A stretch of DNA of 64,000 nt, from NCBI GenBank assembly GCA_012295275.1, contig CM022679.1, positions 31,620,001 through 31,684,000 on the forward strand, read 5' to 3'. The notes below the pieces were generated by a model. That model had not been told where the DNA came from. It saw only the letters and a program-made list of their open reading frames with translations, and did no database searches. Origin of the DNA: Chrysomallon squamiferum. Taxonomy: Eukaryota; Animalia; Mollusca. Made by a program: the position numbers and the translations under genes. This document shows positions 13,101-28,100 of the stretch, piece by piece (the first letter of the stretch is position 1; the number at the start of each line of letters is the position of its first letter).

Positions 13101-16100
13101 TAGTATTATGGTTAGATTTAGTTATCTGTTTTTACTTATGACTAGGGTTAAAAGTATTATGGTAGATTTAGTTATTACCTTTGACTAGGGTTAAAGTTAG
13201 TATTATAGGTTTAGTTTTAGTTATCTATTTTATTTTTAAAGTTAGTTTTATGTTTTTAGTTATTTTTACCTTATGGTTAGTTAAAGTTAGTATTATGGTT
13301 TAAAGTTATCTGTTTACCTTTTGTTAAAGTTTAGTTTTAGTTAGTTTTTAGTTAGTTATGACTTACTTTTAAAGTTAGTATTATTATTATTTAGATTTAG
13401 TTATTTTTTTAAAGTTTATTATGGTTAGGGTTTTAAAGTTAGTTATTACTAGGGTGGTTAAGTTATTTTAGTTATTATGGTTTATTAGTTTTTACTATGG
13501 TTTAAAGTTAGTTTTAAAGTTATAATTATGGTTTAGTTATTTTTTATCTTTTATTTTATGTTATCTTTTTAAGTTAAATTATAGTATTATGGTTTAGTTA
13601 TCTGTTTTTTTACCTTATGACTAGGGTTAAAAGTTAGTATTATGGTTAGATTTAGTTATCTGTTTACCTTTTGACTAGGGTTAAAGTTAGTATTATTATG
13701 GTTAGATTTAGTTATCTGTTTTATTATGACTAGGGTTAAAGTTAGTATTATGGTTAGATTTAGTTATTTGTTTATTACTTATTTTTATGGTTAAAGTTAG
13801 TATTATGGTTAGATTAGTTATTAGTTTTATTATGATTAGGTTAAAGTTTAGTATTATGGTTAGATTTAGTTATTTTTTAAATTTAGTATTAGGTTATTTT
13901 TAAGTTAAATTTATGGTTAAAGTTAAATTATGGTTAGTTTTTAGATTTTTTATTTTACCTTATAGGGTTAAAGGTTAAAGTTATTATGGTTAGATTTAGT
14001 TATCTGTTTACCTTATTATTACTAGGGTTAAAGTTAGTATTATGGTTAGATTTAGTTATTATGTTTATGGTTTATAGTTTAGGGTTAAAGTTAGTTATTT
14101 ATTATTATTTAGGTTTATTATATTAGTTTTAAAGTTAGTATTATGGTTTATTTAGTATCTGTTTACCTTATGACTAGGGTTAAAGTTAGTATTATGGTTA
14201 GATTTAGTTATCTGTTTTACCTTATGACTTAAAGTTAAAATTATGGTTAGATTTAGTTATTTGTTTATTTTATTTAGGTTTAAAGTTAGTATTATGGTTA
14301 GATTTAGTTATTTTTATTTTTATTATAGGGTTAAAGTTAGTATTATGGTTAGATTTAGTTATTTTTACCTTATTACTAGGGTTAAAGTTAGTATTATTTT
14401 AGATTTAGTTATCTGTTTTTATTTATTTTTACTAGGGTTAAAGTTAGTTATTATTATTTTAGATTTAGTTATCTTTTTACTTTTTTTTAAGGGTTTAAAG
14501 TTAGTATTGGTTAAATTTAGTTATTTATTATTTGTTTATTACTAGATTTAAAGTTAAAGTTTTATGTATTATTTTTAGTTTAGTTTATCTTTTATTACTA
14601 TGACTAGGTTAAAGTTAGTTATAGTTATTTATTTAGTTTATCTTATTTATGTTTACCTTAAACTAAGTAGTATTATTATGGTTAGATTTAGTTATTTTTT
14701 ATCTTTTTTTACCTTTACTAGGGTAAAAAGTTAAAGTTAGTATTATGGTTTTAGATTTAGATTTAGTTATCTGTTTACCTTATGACTAGGGTTAAAGTTA
14801 GTATTATGGTTAGATTTAGTTATCTGTTTACCTTTTACTAGGGTTAAAGTTAGTATTATGGTTATATTTAGTTATTTAGTTATTTTTTTAGGGTTTAAAG
14901 TTAGTATTATGGTTAGATTTAGTTATCTGTTTACCTTTTTACTAGGGTTTAAAGTAGTTAGTATTATGGTTAGGTTTAGTTTATTTTTTATTTTTTTACT
15001 AGGGTTAAAGTTAAAAGTATTATGTTTAGATTTAGTTTTCTAGTTTATTTTTTGACTTATTATTAAAAGTTAGTTATTATGGTTAGATTTTAGTTTAGTT
15101 ATTTATTACCTTTGACTAGGGTTAAAGTTAGTTTTATGGTTAGATTTTAGTTATATATTTATTTTATTACTAGGGTTAAAGTTAATTATTATTAGTTAGA
15201 TTTTAGTTATCTGTTTTTTTATGTTTATTACTAGTTTTATGTTAGTATTTAGTATGTTTAGTTTTGACTAGGGTTAAGTTAGTATTTTGGTTAGATTTTT
15301 TATATTTATTTTGACTAGGGTTAAAGTTAATTATGGTTAGATTTAGTTATCTGTTTACCTTATTAGTATGGTTAAAGTTATTATTTATTTTTATTTATTA
15401 GTATTTAGTTAGATTTAGTTATTTTTACCTTATTTTAGGGTTAAAGTTAGTATTATGGTTAGATTTAGTTATTTGTTTACCTTTTGACTAGGGGTTAAAG
15501 TTAGTATTATGGTTATATTTAGTTATTTATTTTATTTTTTACTTTGGTTAAAGTTAAAGTATTATGGTTAGATTTAGTTATCTGTTTATTTTATGACTAG
15601 GGTTAAAGTAAAGTTATTATGGCTTTTAGTTATCTGTTTAGTTACCTTATTACCTTATTAGGGTTAAAGTTAGTTATGGTAGATTTATTTTATATTTTAC
15701 CTTTATGACTATGACTAAAAGTTAATTATGGTTTAGATTTAGTTATCTGTTTATCTTTTTGACTTAGGGTTAAAGTTAGTATTATTATGGTTAGATTTAG
15801 TTTATTTGTTTACCTTATCTACCTAGGGTTAAAGTTAAAGTATTATTATATATTATGGTTAGATTTAGTTATCTGTTTACCTTATGACTAGGGTTAAAGT
15901 TAGTATTATGGTTAGATTTAGTTATCTTTTTTACCTTATTTAGACTAGGGTTAAAGTTAGTATTATTTTTAGTTATCTGTTTACCTTATTATTACTAGGG
16001 TTAAAGTTAGTTAGTATTATGGTTAGATTTAGTTATTTGTTTACCTTTTATTAGGGTTAAAGTTAGTATTATTATGGTTAGATTTAGTTATCTGTTTACC

Positions 16101-19100
16101 TTATGACTAGGGTTAAAGTTAGTATTATGGTTAGATTTAGTTATCTGTTTACCTTATGACTAGGGTTAAAGTTAGTATTATGGTTAGATTTAGTTATCTG
16201 TTTTACCTTATTACTAGGGTTAAAGTTAAATTATGGTTATGGTTAGATTTATATATTTACCTTATTAGGGTTAAAAAGGGTTAATAGTTAGTTTTTATGG
16301 TTTGTTTTATCTTTTATTTACCTTTAACTAGTTTATTATATAGGGTTTAGTTATTAGTTAGTATTTATTTTTAGTTTAGTTATTTATAGTTTAAGGTTAA
16401 GGTTTAGTATTATGGTTATGGTTTAGATTTATTATTTTTACCTTTATTATTAAAAAGGGTTATTATTAAAGTTAGTTATTATTTAGTTAGATTTAGTTAT
16501 TTGTTTACCTTATGGTAGTAGTTAAAGTTATTATTATGGTTAGATTTAGTTTTCTGTTTACCTTTTTATTTACTAGGGTTAAAGTTAAATTATTATTTAT
16601 GGTTTAGATTTTAGTTTTTCTTTATTTACTAGGGTTTAAAGTTAGTTTATGGTTAGATTTAGTTATCTGTTTACCTTATGACTAGGGTTAAAAGTTAGTA
16701 TTATGGTTATTTTAGTTATCTGTTTTACCTTATGACTAGGGTTAAAGTTAGTATTATGGTTTAGTTATTTTTAGTTATGACTAGGTTATAAAGTTAGTTT
16801 TATGGTTAGATTTAGTTATCTTATTTGTTTTTACTAGGGTTAAAAGTTAGTATATTATGGTTAGTTTTTAGTTTTAGTTTATTATTACTAGGGACTAAGT
16901 TAAAAGTAATTATGGTTAGATTTAGTTATTTTTTTATCTGTTTACCTTATTACTAGGGTTAAAGTTAGTATTATGGTTAGATTTAGTTATCTGTTTACCT
17001 TATGACTAGGGTTAAAGTTAGTATTATGGTTAGATTTAGTTATCTGTTTACCTTTTACTTAGGGTTAAAGTTAGTATTATGGTTAGATTTAGTTATTTAT
17101 TTACCTTTTACTAGGGTTAAAGTTAAATTATGGTTAGATTTAGTTATTTGTTTATCTTTTTACTAGGGTTAAAGTTTAGTATTATTAATTTAGATTTAGT
17201 TTATTTTTTAGTTATGATTACTTTTTTTAAAGTTAGTTATTATGGTTAGATTTATTTATTTTTTTATCTTTTACCCTTTTTAAAGTTAGTATTATTAGTT
17301 AGATTTAGTTATTTAGTTATTTTTTACTTATTTTTAAAGTTAGTTATTATGGTTAGATTTAGTTATTATTTATTTTAGATTTATTATCTAGTTTTAAAGT
17401 TATATATTAGGTTTAAAGTTTATATTATGGTTAGATTTAGTTATCTGTTTACCTTAACTAGGTTAAAGTTATTATTATTATGGTTAGATTTACATATTAT
17501 TTGTTATCTGTTTACCTTATGACTAGGGTTAAAGTTAGTATTATGGTTAGATTTAGTTATCTGTTTACCTTATGACTAGGGTTAAAGTTAGTATTATGGT
17601 TAGATTTAGTTATCTGTTTACCTTATTAGTAGGGTTAAAGTTAGTATTATGGTTAGATTTAGTTATCTGTTTTATATTTTACTTATCTGTTAAAGTTAGT
17701 TTTATTATGTTAGATTTAGTTATTTTTAATTTTATTATGATTAGGGTTAAAGTTAGTATTATGGTTATGATTTAGTTATTTTTTTATTTTATTTAGGGTT
17801 AAAGTTAGTATTATGGTTAGATTTAGTTTTCTTTTTACCTTTTATGACTAGGGTTAAAGTTAGTATTATATTTTATGATTTAGATTTAGTTTCTTTTTAC
17901 TTTTTTTAAGGGTTAAAGTTAGTATTTATGGTTAGTTATATTTAGTTATCTGTTTTTATTTTTTACTAGGGTTAAAGTTAAAAGTATTATGGTTAGATTT
18001 AGTTATCTGTTTACCTTTTGACTAGGGTTAAAGTTAGTTATTATTATGGTAGATTTAGTTATCTGTTTACCTTATGACTAGGGTTAAAGTTTAGTATTAT
18101 GGTAGATTTAGTTATCTGTTTACCTTTTTTAGGGTTAAAGTTAGTATTATTATGGTTATTTTAGTTATTTGTTTATTTTACTAGGGTTAAAGTTATTTAT
18201 GGTTAGATTTAGTTATTAGTTATTATGTATTAGGGTTAAAGTTAGTTATTATTATTAAAGTTAGTTTAGTTATGGTTATTTAGTTATTACTAGGGTTAAA
18301 GTTAGTATTATGGTTAGATTTAGTTATTTGTTTTACCTTATGACTAGGGTTAAAGTTAAATTTATTATTAGATTTAGTTATTTGTTTACTTTATGACTTT
18401 AGGGTTAAAGTTAAAATTATGGTTATGGTTAGTTTATTGTTTACCTTTTTTGACTAGGGTTAAAGTTAAAGTTAGTATTATATGGATTTAGTTTTATTTA
18501 TTTAGTTATCTGTTTATTTAGGGTTAAAAGTTAAAAGTTTATTATATTTTATTTATATTTATTTATTTTATTTACTAGGGACTAAAGTAAAGTATAGTAT
18601 TATGGTTAGATTTAGTTATCTGTTTACCTTATGACTAGGGTTAAAGTTAGTATTATGGTTAGATTTAGTTATCTTTAGTTTATTTATGACTAGGGTTAAA
18701 GTTAGTATTATGGGTTAGATTTAGTTTATTTTTTATTATTTATTTTTAAAGTTAGTATTATTAGTTAGATTTAGTTATTTAGTTATTTTTTTATTATTAA
18801 AGTTAGTATTATATGTTAGATTTAGTTATTTGTTTTTATTTATGACTAGGGTTAAATTTTAGTTTATGGTTAGATTTAGTTATTATTTTTTTATACTAGG
18901 GTTAAAGTTAGTTATTATTTTTATTTTAGTTATCTTAGTTTTACCTTTATTTAGTTTTTAAAGTTAAAGTATTATGGTTAGATTTAGTTATCTTTTTACC
19001 TTTAGTTACTTTTACCTTTTAAAGTTTAGTATTATGGTTTAGTTTATTTATTATCTTTTATTTTATTATCTGTTAAAGTTAGTTAGTATGGTTAGGGTAT

Positions 19101-22100
19101 TATTTAGTTTTAGATTTTTATTTTTAGTTATCTATACCTTTTATGAGTTAAGTTAAAGTTAGTATTATGGTTAGATTTAGTTTTTTGTTTTATTTGACTA
19201 GGGTTAAAGTTAAATTATTATGACTAGGTTTAAAGTTAGTATTATGGTTAGATTTAGTTATTTGTTTACCTTATTTATTAAGGTTAAAGTTAGTATTATG
19301 GTTTTAGTTATTTGTTTTATTTTATTACTAGGGTTAAAGTTAAAGTTATTATTATGGTAGATTTAGTTATTATTTATTTATTTAGGGTTAAAGTTAGTAT
19401 TATGGTTAGATTTAGTTATTTGTTTTACCTTATGACTAGGGTTAAAGTTAGTATTATGGTTAGTTTTGTTTTATCTTATGTTTAGGGTTAAAGTTATATT
19501 ATGGTTAGATTTAGTTATTTGTTTACCTTATGACTTAGGTTAAAAGTTAGTATTATGGTTAGATTTTTAGTTATCTGTTTACCTTATTACTAGGGTTAAA
19601 GTTTATTATTATGGTATATTTAGTTATTTTACCTTATTTAGGGTTAAAGTTTTTATGGTTAGATTTATTATTTATCTTTTACCTTATTATTATGGGTTAA
19701 ATTTAGTATTATGGTTAGATTTAGTTATCTTATTTGTTTACCTATATTATGACTAGGTTAAAGTTAGTATTATGGTTAGATTTAGTTATCTGTTTACCTT
19801 ATTACTAGGGTTAAAGTTAAAGTATTATTATTAGTTTAGTTTATTTATTTTTTTTTTTATGACTAGGGTTAAAAGTTAGTATTATGGTTATTTTAGTTAT
19901 CTGTTTACCTTTTGACTAGGGTTAAAGTTAGTTATTATGGTTAGATTTAGTTTTAGTTTTTTTTTTACTTATTTAAAAAGTTAGTTATTATGGTTATTAT
20001 TAGTTTTAGTTTATTTTTTTATATGACTTAAAGTTAGTTTTATTACTAGTATTAGTTATATGTTTTAGTTTTTTACCTTATGTTTTAAAGTTTAGTATTA
20101 TTAATTATATTTTTAGTTATTTATTTTATTTTTTTACTTTAGGTTTAAGTTAGTAGTATTTATGGTTAGGTTTAAAGTTTTATTTGGCTTTTTTTATTTG
20201 TTTACCTTATTTTTTAAAGTTTAGTAGTTAGGTTTATGGCTTTATGGTTATATTATTTATCTGTTTACCTTATGACTAGGGTTAAAGTTAGTATTATGGT
20301 AGATTTATCTTTTACCTTTTGACTAGGGTTAAAGTTAGTATTATGGTTAGATTTAGTTATCTATTTGTTAAAGTTTACCTTATAGTTAGGTTTAAAGTTA
20401 GTATTTATTTAAAGGTTAGATTTAGTTTTATATTTTATCTTTTTATTATTAGGGTTAAAGTTAGTTATTATGGTTAGATTTAGTTTTATTTTTATTTTAT
20501 GACTTAGGGTTAAAGTTAAATTATGGTTAGATTTAGTTATCTTTTACCTTTTACCTTATTTTAAAGTTAGTATTATTATTTAGATTTAGTTATTTGTTTA
20601 CCTTTTATTAGGGTTAAAAGTTAGTATTATGGTTAGATTTAGTTATCTGTTTACCTTATGACTTATTAAAGTTAGTAGTTATATTATGTTTAGGGTTATT
20701 ATTTAGTTTTTACCTTATTAGGGTTAGGTTAAAGTTTATTATGGTTATTTAGATTTATTTATCTGTCTTTACCTTATGACTTAGGGTTTAAGTTAATTAT
20801 AGTATTATGGTTAGATTTAGTTATCTGTTTACCTTATGACTAGGGTTAAAGTTAGTATTATGGTTAGATTTAGTTATCTGTTTACCTTATGACTAGGGTT
20901 AAAGTTAGTATTATGGTTAGATTTAGTTATCTGTTTACCTTTTACTAGGGTTAAAGTTAGTATTATGGTTAGATTTAGTTATCTGTTTACCTTTATTTAC
21001 TAGGGTTAAAAGTTAAAGTTATATTATTATTTAGATTTAGTTATCTGTTTTTATTATATGACTATTATTTAAAGTTAGTATTATGGTTTATGGTTAGTTA
21101 TTTGTTTATCTTTTTACTTTAGGGTTAAAGTTAAAGTTAGTATAAAGTAGATTTAGTTATTAGTTTTAGTTATTTTTACTAGGGTTAAAGTTAAATTATT
21201 AGTATTATTTAGTTATTATTTTTATCTTTTTACTACTACCTTAAAATTAAAGTATTATTAAAGTATTTTTATTTTTATTTTTTTATCTTTTTTACTTACC
21301 TTATTAAAGTTAAATAAAGTTAGTATTATGGTTAGATTTAGTTATCTCTTTTTTACCTTATGACTAGGGTTAAAGTTAGTATTATGGTTAGATTTAGTTA
21401 TTGTTTACCTTTTATTACTAGGGTTAAAGTTAGTATTATGGTTAGTTTAGTTATGGTTTATTTTTATAGGTTTAAAGTTATTTATTATGGTTAGGGTTTA
21501 GTTATTATTTATTTAGTTATACTAGGGTTAAAGTTAGTTTATGGTTAGATTTAGTTATTTTTATATTTTACTAGGTTAGTTTATGGTTTAGATTTAGTTT
21601 ATCTGTTTTATTACTAGGGTTTAAAGTATTATGGTTAGATTTAGTTATTTTTTATCTTTTTACTAGGGTTTAAAGTTAGTATTATGGTTAGATTTAGTTT
21701 ATCTGTTTTTTATTATGATACTAGGTTAAAGTTAGTATTATTAGATTTAGTTATTAGTTTAGTTTTTATTAGGGTTAAAGTTAAAGTTATTATTTATTTA
21801 GATTTTAGTTATCTGTTTACCTTATGACTAGCGTTAAAGTTAGTATTATGGTTAGATTTAGTTATCTGTTTACCTTATCACTAGGGTTAAAGTTAGTATT
21901 ATGGCTAGATTTAGTTATCTGTTTACCTTTTGACTAGGGTTAAAGTTAGTATTATGGTTAGATTTAGTTATCTGTTTACCTTTTTACTAGGGTTAAAGTT
22001 AGTATTATTATTAGTTATTTAGTTATTTTTTTACCTTATTTAGGGTTAAAGTTAGTTAGTTTATTATATGGTTAGTTTTATTATTTATTTAGTTTACTGT

Positions 22101-25100
22101 TTACCTTAAAGTTACTAGGGTTAAAGTTAGTATTATGGTTAGATTTAGTTATTATGTTTTACCTTTTGACTAGGGTTAAAGTTAAAGTTATTATGGTTAG
22201 ATTTTAGTTATTTTTTATTATTTTATTAGTTTAAAAGTTAGTATTATGGTTAGATTTAGTTATCTTTTATATTTATTATTAGTTTTATTTTTATTTATTT
22301 TAGTTTATTATTACTAGGTATTTTTAGTATATTATGGTTTTATTATTTTTCTTTGTTTAAGACTTAGTATTAAAGTTAGTATTATTATAGTTTTATATAT
22401 TTATCTTTTTTTATTATGACTAGGGTTAAAGTTAGTATTATTATTATAGATTTAGTTATTTTTTATATCTTTACCTTATGACTAGGGTTAAAGTTAGTAT
22501 TATGGTTAGATTTAGTTATCTGTTTACCTTTAGGGTTAAAAGTTAGTTATTATAGTTAGTTTAGTATTGTTTTTACTTATGACTTAGGGTTAAAGTTATT
22601 TTATGGTTATTTAGTTATATATTTTATTATTACTTATTTAAAAAATAAAGTTATTATAGATTTAGTTATTTTTTTACTGTTTATATGACTAGGGTTAAAG
22701 TTAGTATTATTAGTATTTTAGTTATATTTTTATACTTTTTTACTTATGGTTAAAAGGTTTAATTTTAGGTTAGATTTTAGTTATTTAGTTTTATTTTTAC
22801 TAGGGTTAAAGTTAGTATTTATTATGGTTAGATTTAGTTTTTATTTTTTATTTTATTTACTAGGGTTAAAAATTAGTTATTATGGTTATTATTTAGTTTT
22901 TTTATTTTTATTTTTTATTTACTAGGGTTAAAGTTAGTAAAGTATTATTATGGTTTAGTTTTTAGTTTATCTTTTTATTACTGTTTACCTAAAGTTAAAG
23001 TATTAAAGTTAGTTATTATTTAGATTTAGTTATCTCTTTACCTTATTTACCTTATTAAAGTTAGGGTTAAAGTTAGTTATATGGTTAGATTTAGTTATCT
23101 GTTTACCTTTGACTAGTTAGGTTAAAGTTAGTATTATGGTTAGATTTAGTTATTTTTTTACTTTTTTTACCTTAGGGTTAAAGTTAAAGTTTATTATTTA
23201 GATTTAGTTATTTACTTATTATTATTAAAAGGTAGTATTATTATAGTTAGATTTTAGTTATTATGTTTTTATTTATGATTTAGGGTTTAAAGTTAGTTTT
23301 ATGGTTAGATTTAGTTATTAGTTTATTTTATTAGTTAAAGGGTTAGTTAAAATTATGGTTATTATTTAGTTATCTTTTATCCTTTTGACTAGGGTTAAAG
23401 TTAGTTTATGGTTAGATTTAGTTTATTTTTTTTTTATTTATGACTAGGGTTATGACTAGTATTGGTTAGATTTAGTTATTTATTTATTTATTATTAGGGG
23501 TTAAGTTAGTTAGTATTATGTTAGATTTTAGTTATCTTTTTATCTTTTTACCTTATGGTTAAAGTTAAAGTATTATTATGGCTAGATTTAGTAGTTATCT
23601 GTTTACCTTATGACTAGGGTTAAAGTTAGTATTATGGTTAGATTTAGTTATCTGTTTACCTTATGACTAGGGTTAAAGTTAATTATGGTTATTTTAGTTT
23701 CTATTTTATCTTTTACTTTACTTTAAAGTTAAAGTATTATTATGTTAGGTTTAGTTATTTTTTATCTTTTACTATTATTAAAGTTAGTATTATGGTTAGA
23801 TTTAGTTATTATTATTATGTTATTTATTTAGGGTTTAAAGTTAAAATTATTATTTAGATTTTAGTTATCTTATTTTATTTTATTTATTATATTATTTAAA
23901 GTTTAGTTAAATTTAATGTTAGATTTAGTTATTAGTTTTACCTTTTACTTTTAGGTTATAATTATTAGTATTATATGGTTAGATTTAGTTTTATTTTTAT
24001 GGTTTTTTATTTAGTATTATTTAAGTTAGTTATTATTAGGTTTAATTTAGTTATTATGGTTTTATGGTAGTTATCTTTATTAAAACTAGTATTATTAGTT
24101 AGGTTTTAGTATTATGGTTATGATTTAGTTTAGTTATACTACCTTTTTATGACTAGTTAAAAAAGTTAGTATTATGGTTAGATTTAGTTATCTGTTTACC
24201 TTTTGACTAGGGTTAAAGTTAGTATTATGGTTAGATTTAGTTATTTGTTTACCTTATGACTAGGGTTAAAGTTAGTATTATGGTTAGATTTAGTTTCTAT
24301 TTTATTATATACTTATTTTAAAGTTAGTATTATGTTTATTTTAGTTATTTTAGTATTTTATTACTATTAGTTTAAAGTTAGTATTATGGTTAGATTTAGT
24401 TATTAGTTATATTTTTACTAGGGTTTAGTTAGTATTATGGTTAGATTTAGTTATTGTTTACCTTATTACTTAGGTTAGGGTTAAAGTTATGGTTATTTTA
24501 GATTTATTTATCTTTAGTTACCTTATGACTAGGGTTAAAGTTAGTATTATGGATTTTTTTTTTTCTTATTTTATTTAGGTTTAAAGTTTATTTATGGTTA
24601 GATTTATTTATTTAGTTTTACCTTTGACTAGGGTTAAAGTTAGTATTATGTATTATAGATTTAGTTATTTTTTTATTTTTACTTTACCTTTAACTGTTAA
24701 AAGTTATTATATTTAGATTTAGTTTTTGTTTTTGTTTATTTTACCTTATGGGGTAAAAAAAGTAGTATTATGGTTAGATTTAGTTATCTGTTTACCTTTA
24801 TGACTAGGGTTAAAGTTAGTATTATGGTTAGATTTAGTTATTAGTTTTAGTTATTACTAGGGTTAAAGTTAGTATTATTAGTTAGATTTAGTTTTATTAT
24901 TTTATTTTTTATTATTTACTAAAGTTAGTATTATGGTTAGGTTTAGTTATTTGTTTATGTTTTTTATATTTAAATTTAGTTTATGGTTTAGATTTAGTTA
25001 TATGTTTATTTATTATTTAAAGTTAGTATTATGGTTAGATTTAGTTATCTGTTTACCTTATGACTAGGGTTAAAGTTAGTATTATGGTTAGATTTAGTTA

Positions 25101-28100
25101 TCTGTTTACCTTTTACTAGGGTTAAAGTTAGTATTATGGTTATTTAGTTATTATTTTTTATTATACTAGTTTACCTTATTAATTTATTATTAGTTTTAGT
25201 TATTTATTTTTAGTTATTATACCTTATGGTTAAAGTTAAAGTTATTTTAGATATTTAGTTATTGGTAGATTTAGTTTACTTTACTGACTAGGTTAAAAAA
25301 AAGTTAGTATTATGGTTAGATTTAGTTATCTGTTTACCTTTTACTAGGGTTAAAAGTTAAAGTTATTATGGTTAGATTTAGTTATCTGTTTACCTTATGA
25401 CTAGGGTTAAAGTTAGTTAGTATTATGGTTATTTTATTTATCTATTTATCTTATTACTAGGGTTAAAAGTTAGTATTATTATTAGATTTTAGATTATATT
25501 TATTTTGACTAGGGTTAAAGTTAAATTATTATTATATTTTTATTTATCTTTTTACCTTATTATTTGGGTTAAAATTTAGTATTATTATTATTAGATTTTA
25601 GTTTTAGTTTTATTTTTACTTAGGGTTAAAGTTTAAAGTTTATGGTTAGATTTAGTTTATTAGTTTTACCTAGTTTTTACTAGGGTTAAAGTTAGTATTA
25701 TGGTTAGATTTAGTTATCTGTTTTACCTTTATGACTAGGGTTAAAGTTAGTAAGTTATATTATGTTTAGATTTAGTTTTACTGTTATTTTATGACTAGGG
25801 TTAAAGTTAGTATTATGGTTAGATTTAGTTTCTGTTTACCTTATGACTAGGGTTAATGGTTAAAGTTTTATTTGGTTAGATTGTTTACCTTATGACTAGG
25901 GTTAAAGTTAGTATTATGGTTAGATTTAGTTATCTGTTTACCTTATGACTAGGGTTAAAGTTAGTATTATGGTTAGATTTAGTTATTTGTTTACCTTATT
26001 ACTAGGGTTAAAGTTAGTATTATGGTTAGATTTAGTTATTTTTTTTTTATTATGTTTTAGTTATTTTTACCTTTTATGACTAGGGTTAAAGTTAGTATTA
26101 TGGTTAGATTTAGTTATCTTTTTATTATATTACTTAGGGTTAAAGTTAGTTTATGTATTATTATCTGTTTAGTTTATTTATTAGTATTATTTAGATTTTG
26201 GTATTAGGGTTTAAAGTTAGTATTATGGTTTAGATTTAGTTATTTTTTTTATTTAGTTATTATTATTTAGGGTTAACCTTATGACTAGGGTTAAAGTTAT
26301 GGTATGGTTAGATTTAGTTATCTGTTTACCTTTATGACTAGGGTTAAAAGTTAGTATTATGGTTAGATTTAGTTATTTAGTTATCTTTATTACTAGGGTT
26401 AAAGTTAAAGTTATGGTTAGATTTAGTTATTTATTACCTTATGACTAGGGTTAAAGTTAGTATTATGGTTAGATTTAGTTATCTGTTTACCTTATGACTA
26501 GGGTTAAAGTTAGTATTATGGTTAGATTTAGTTATTATGTTTATTTATTTACTAGGGTTAAAAGTTAGTTTATGGTTAGATTTAGTTATTTGTTTAGTTT
26601 TTTTACTAGGGTTAAAGTTAGTATTATTAGGTTATATTTAGTTATCTGTTTATTTTTTATTACTAGGTTAGGGTTTAAAGTTATTATTATTTAGATTTAT
26701 TTATTGTTTTTTATTTTATTTAGGGTTAAAGTTAGTTTATGGTTAGATTTAGTTTTCTGTTTACCTTTGACTTAGGGTTAAAGTTAAGTATTATATTTTA
26801 GATTTAGTTATCTGTTTTACCTTATTTTTTATGGTTAAAGTTAGTTAAATGGTTAGGTTTTAGTTATTTTTATCCTTTTTTTACTAGGTTAAACTTAAAA
26901 TTAGTATATATTTAGTTGGCTATTATTTTTTATCTTATTACCTTTATTATGACTAGGGTTAAAGTTAGTATTATGGTTAGATTTAGTTATCTGTTTACCT
27001 TATGACTAGGGTTAAAGTTAGTATTATGGTTAGATTTAGTTATCTGTTTACCTTATGACTAGGGTTAAAGTTAGTATTATGGTTAGATTTAGTTATTATT
27101 TTTATTTTTATTAGGGTTAAAATTTAGTTATTATGGTTAGATTTAGTTATTATGTTTACCTTATGAGGGTTTAAAGTTAGTATTATGGTTAGATTTAGTT
27201 ATCTGTTTTATTTATAGGGGTTAAAAGTTAGTATTATTATGGTAGATTTAGTTATCTTTTTTACCTTTTGACTTAGGTTAAAAGTTAGTATTATTATAGA
27301 TTTAGTTTATCTGTTTTTTTTTGACTAGGGTTAAAAGTTAGTATTATGGTTAGATTTAGTTATTTGTTTTTTTACTTTTTACTAGGGTTAAAGTTAGTAT
27401 TATGGTTAGATTTAGTTATCTTTTACCTTTTATTACTAGGTTAAAAGTTAGTTATTATTATTAGATTTAGTTATCTGTTTACCTTATGACTAGGGTTAAA
27501 GTTAGTATTATGGTAGATTTAGTTATCTTTTACCTTATGACCTTAGGTTAAAGTTAAAGTTAGTATATGGTTAGATTTAGTTATCTGTTTACCTTATTAT
27601 GACTTAAAAAAGTTAGTATTATGGTTAGATTTAGTTATCTGTTTACCTTTTGACTAGGGTTAAAGTTAGTATTATGGTTAGATTTAGTTATTTGTTTATC
27701 TTTATGACTAGGGTTAAAGTTAGTTATTATATATAGATTTAGTTATCTGTTTATTTATGACTAGGGTTAAAGTTAGTATTATGGTTAGATTTAGTTATCT
27801 TTTTTACCTTATTACTTAAATAAAGTTAGTATTATGGTTAGATTTAGTTATCTGTTTACCTTTATTAAGTTAAAGTTAGTTTATGGTTAGATTTTAGTTA
27901 TTATTTTTACCTTATTACTAGGGTTAAAGTTAGTATTATGGTTAGATTTAGTTATCTGTTTACCTTATTACTAGGGTTAAAGTTAGTATTATGGTTAGAT
28001 TTAGTTATCTGTTTACCTTATGACTAGGGTTAAAGTTAGTTTATGTATTATTTGGTTTTAGTTATCTATCTTTTACCTTATTACTAGGGTTAAAGTTAAA

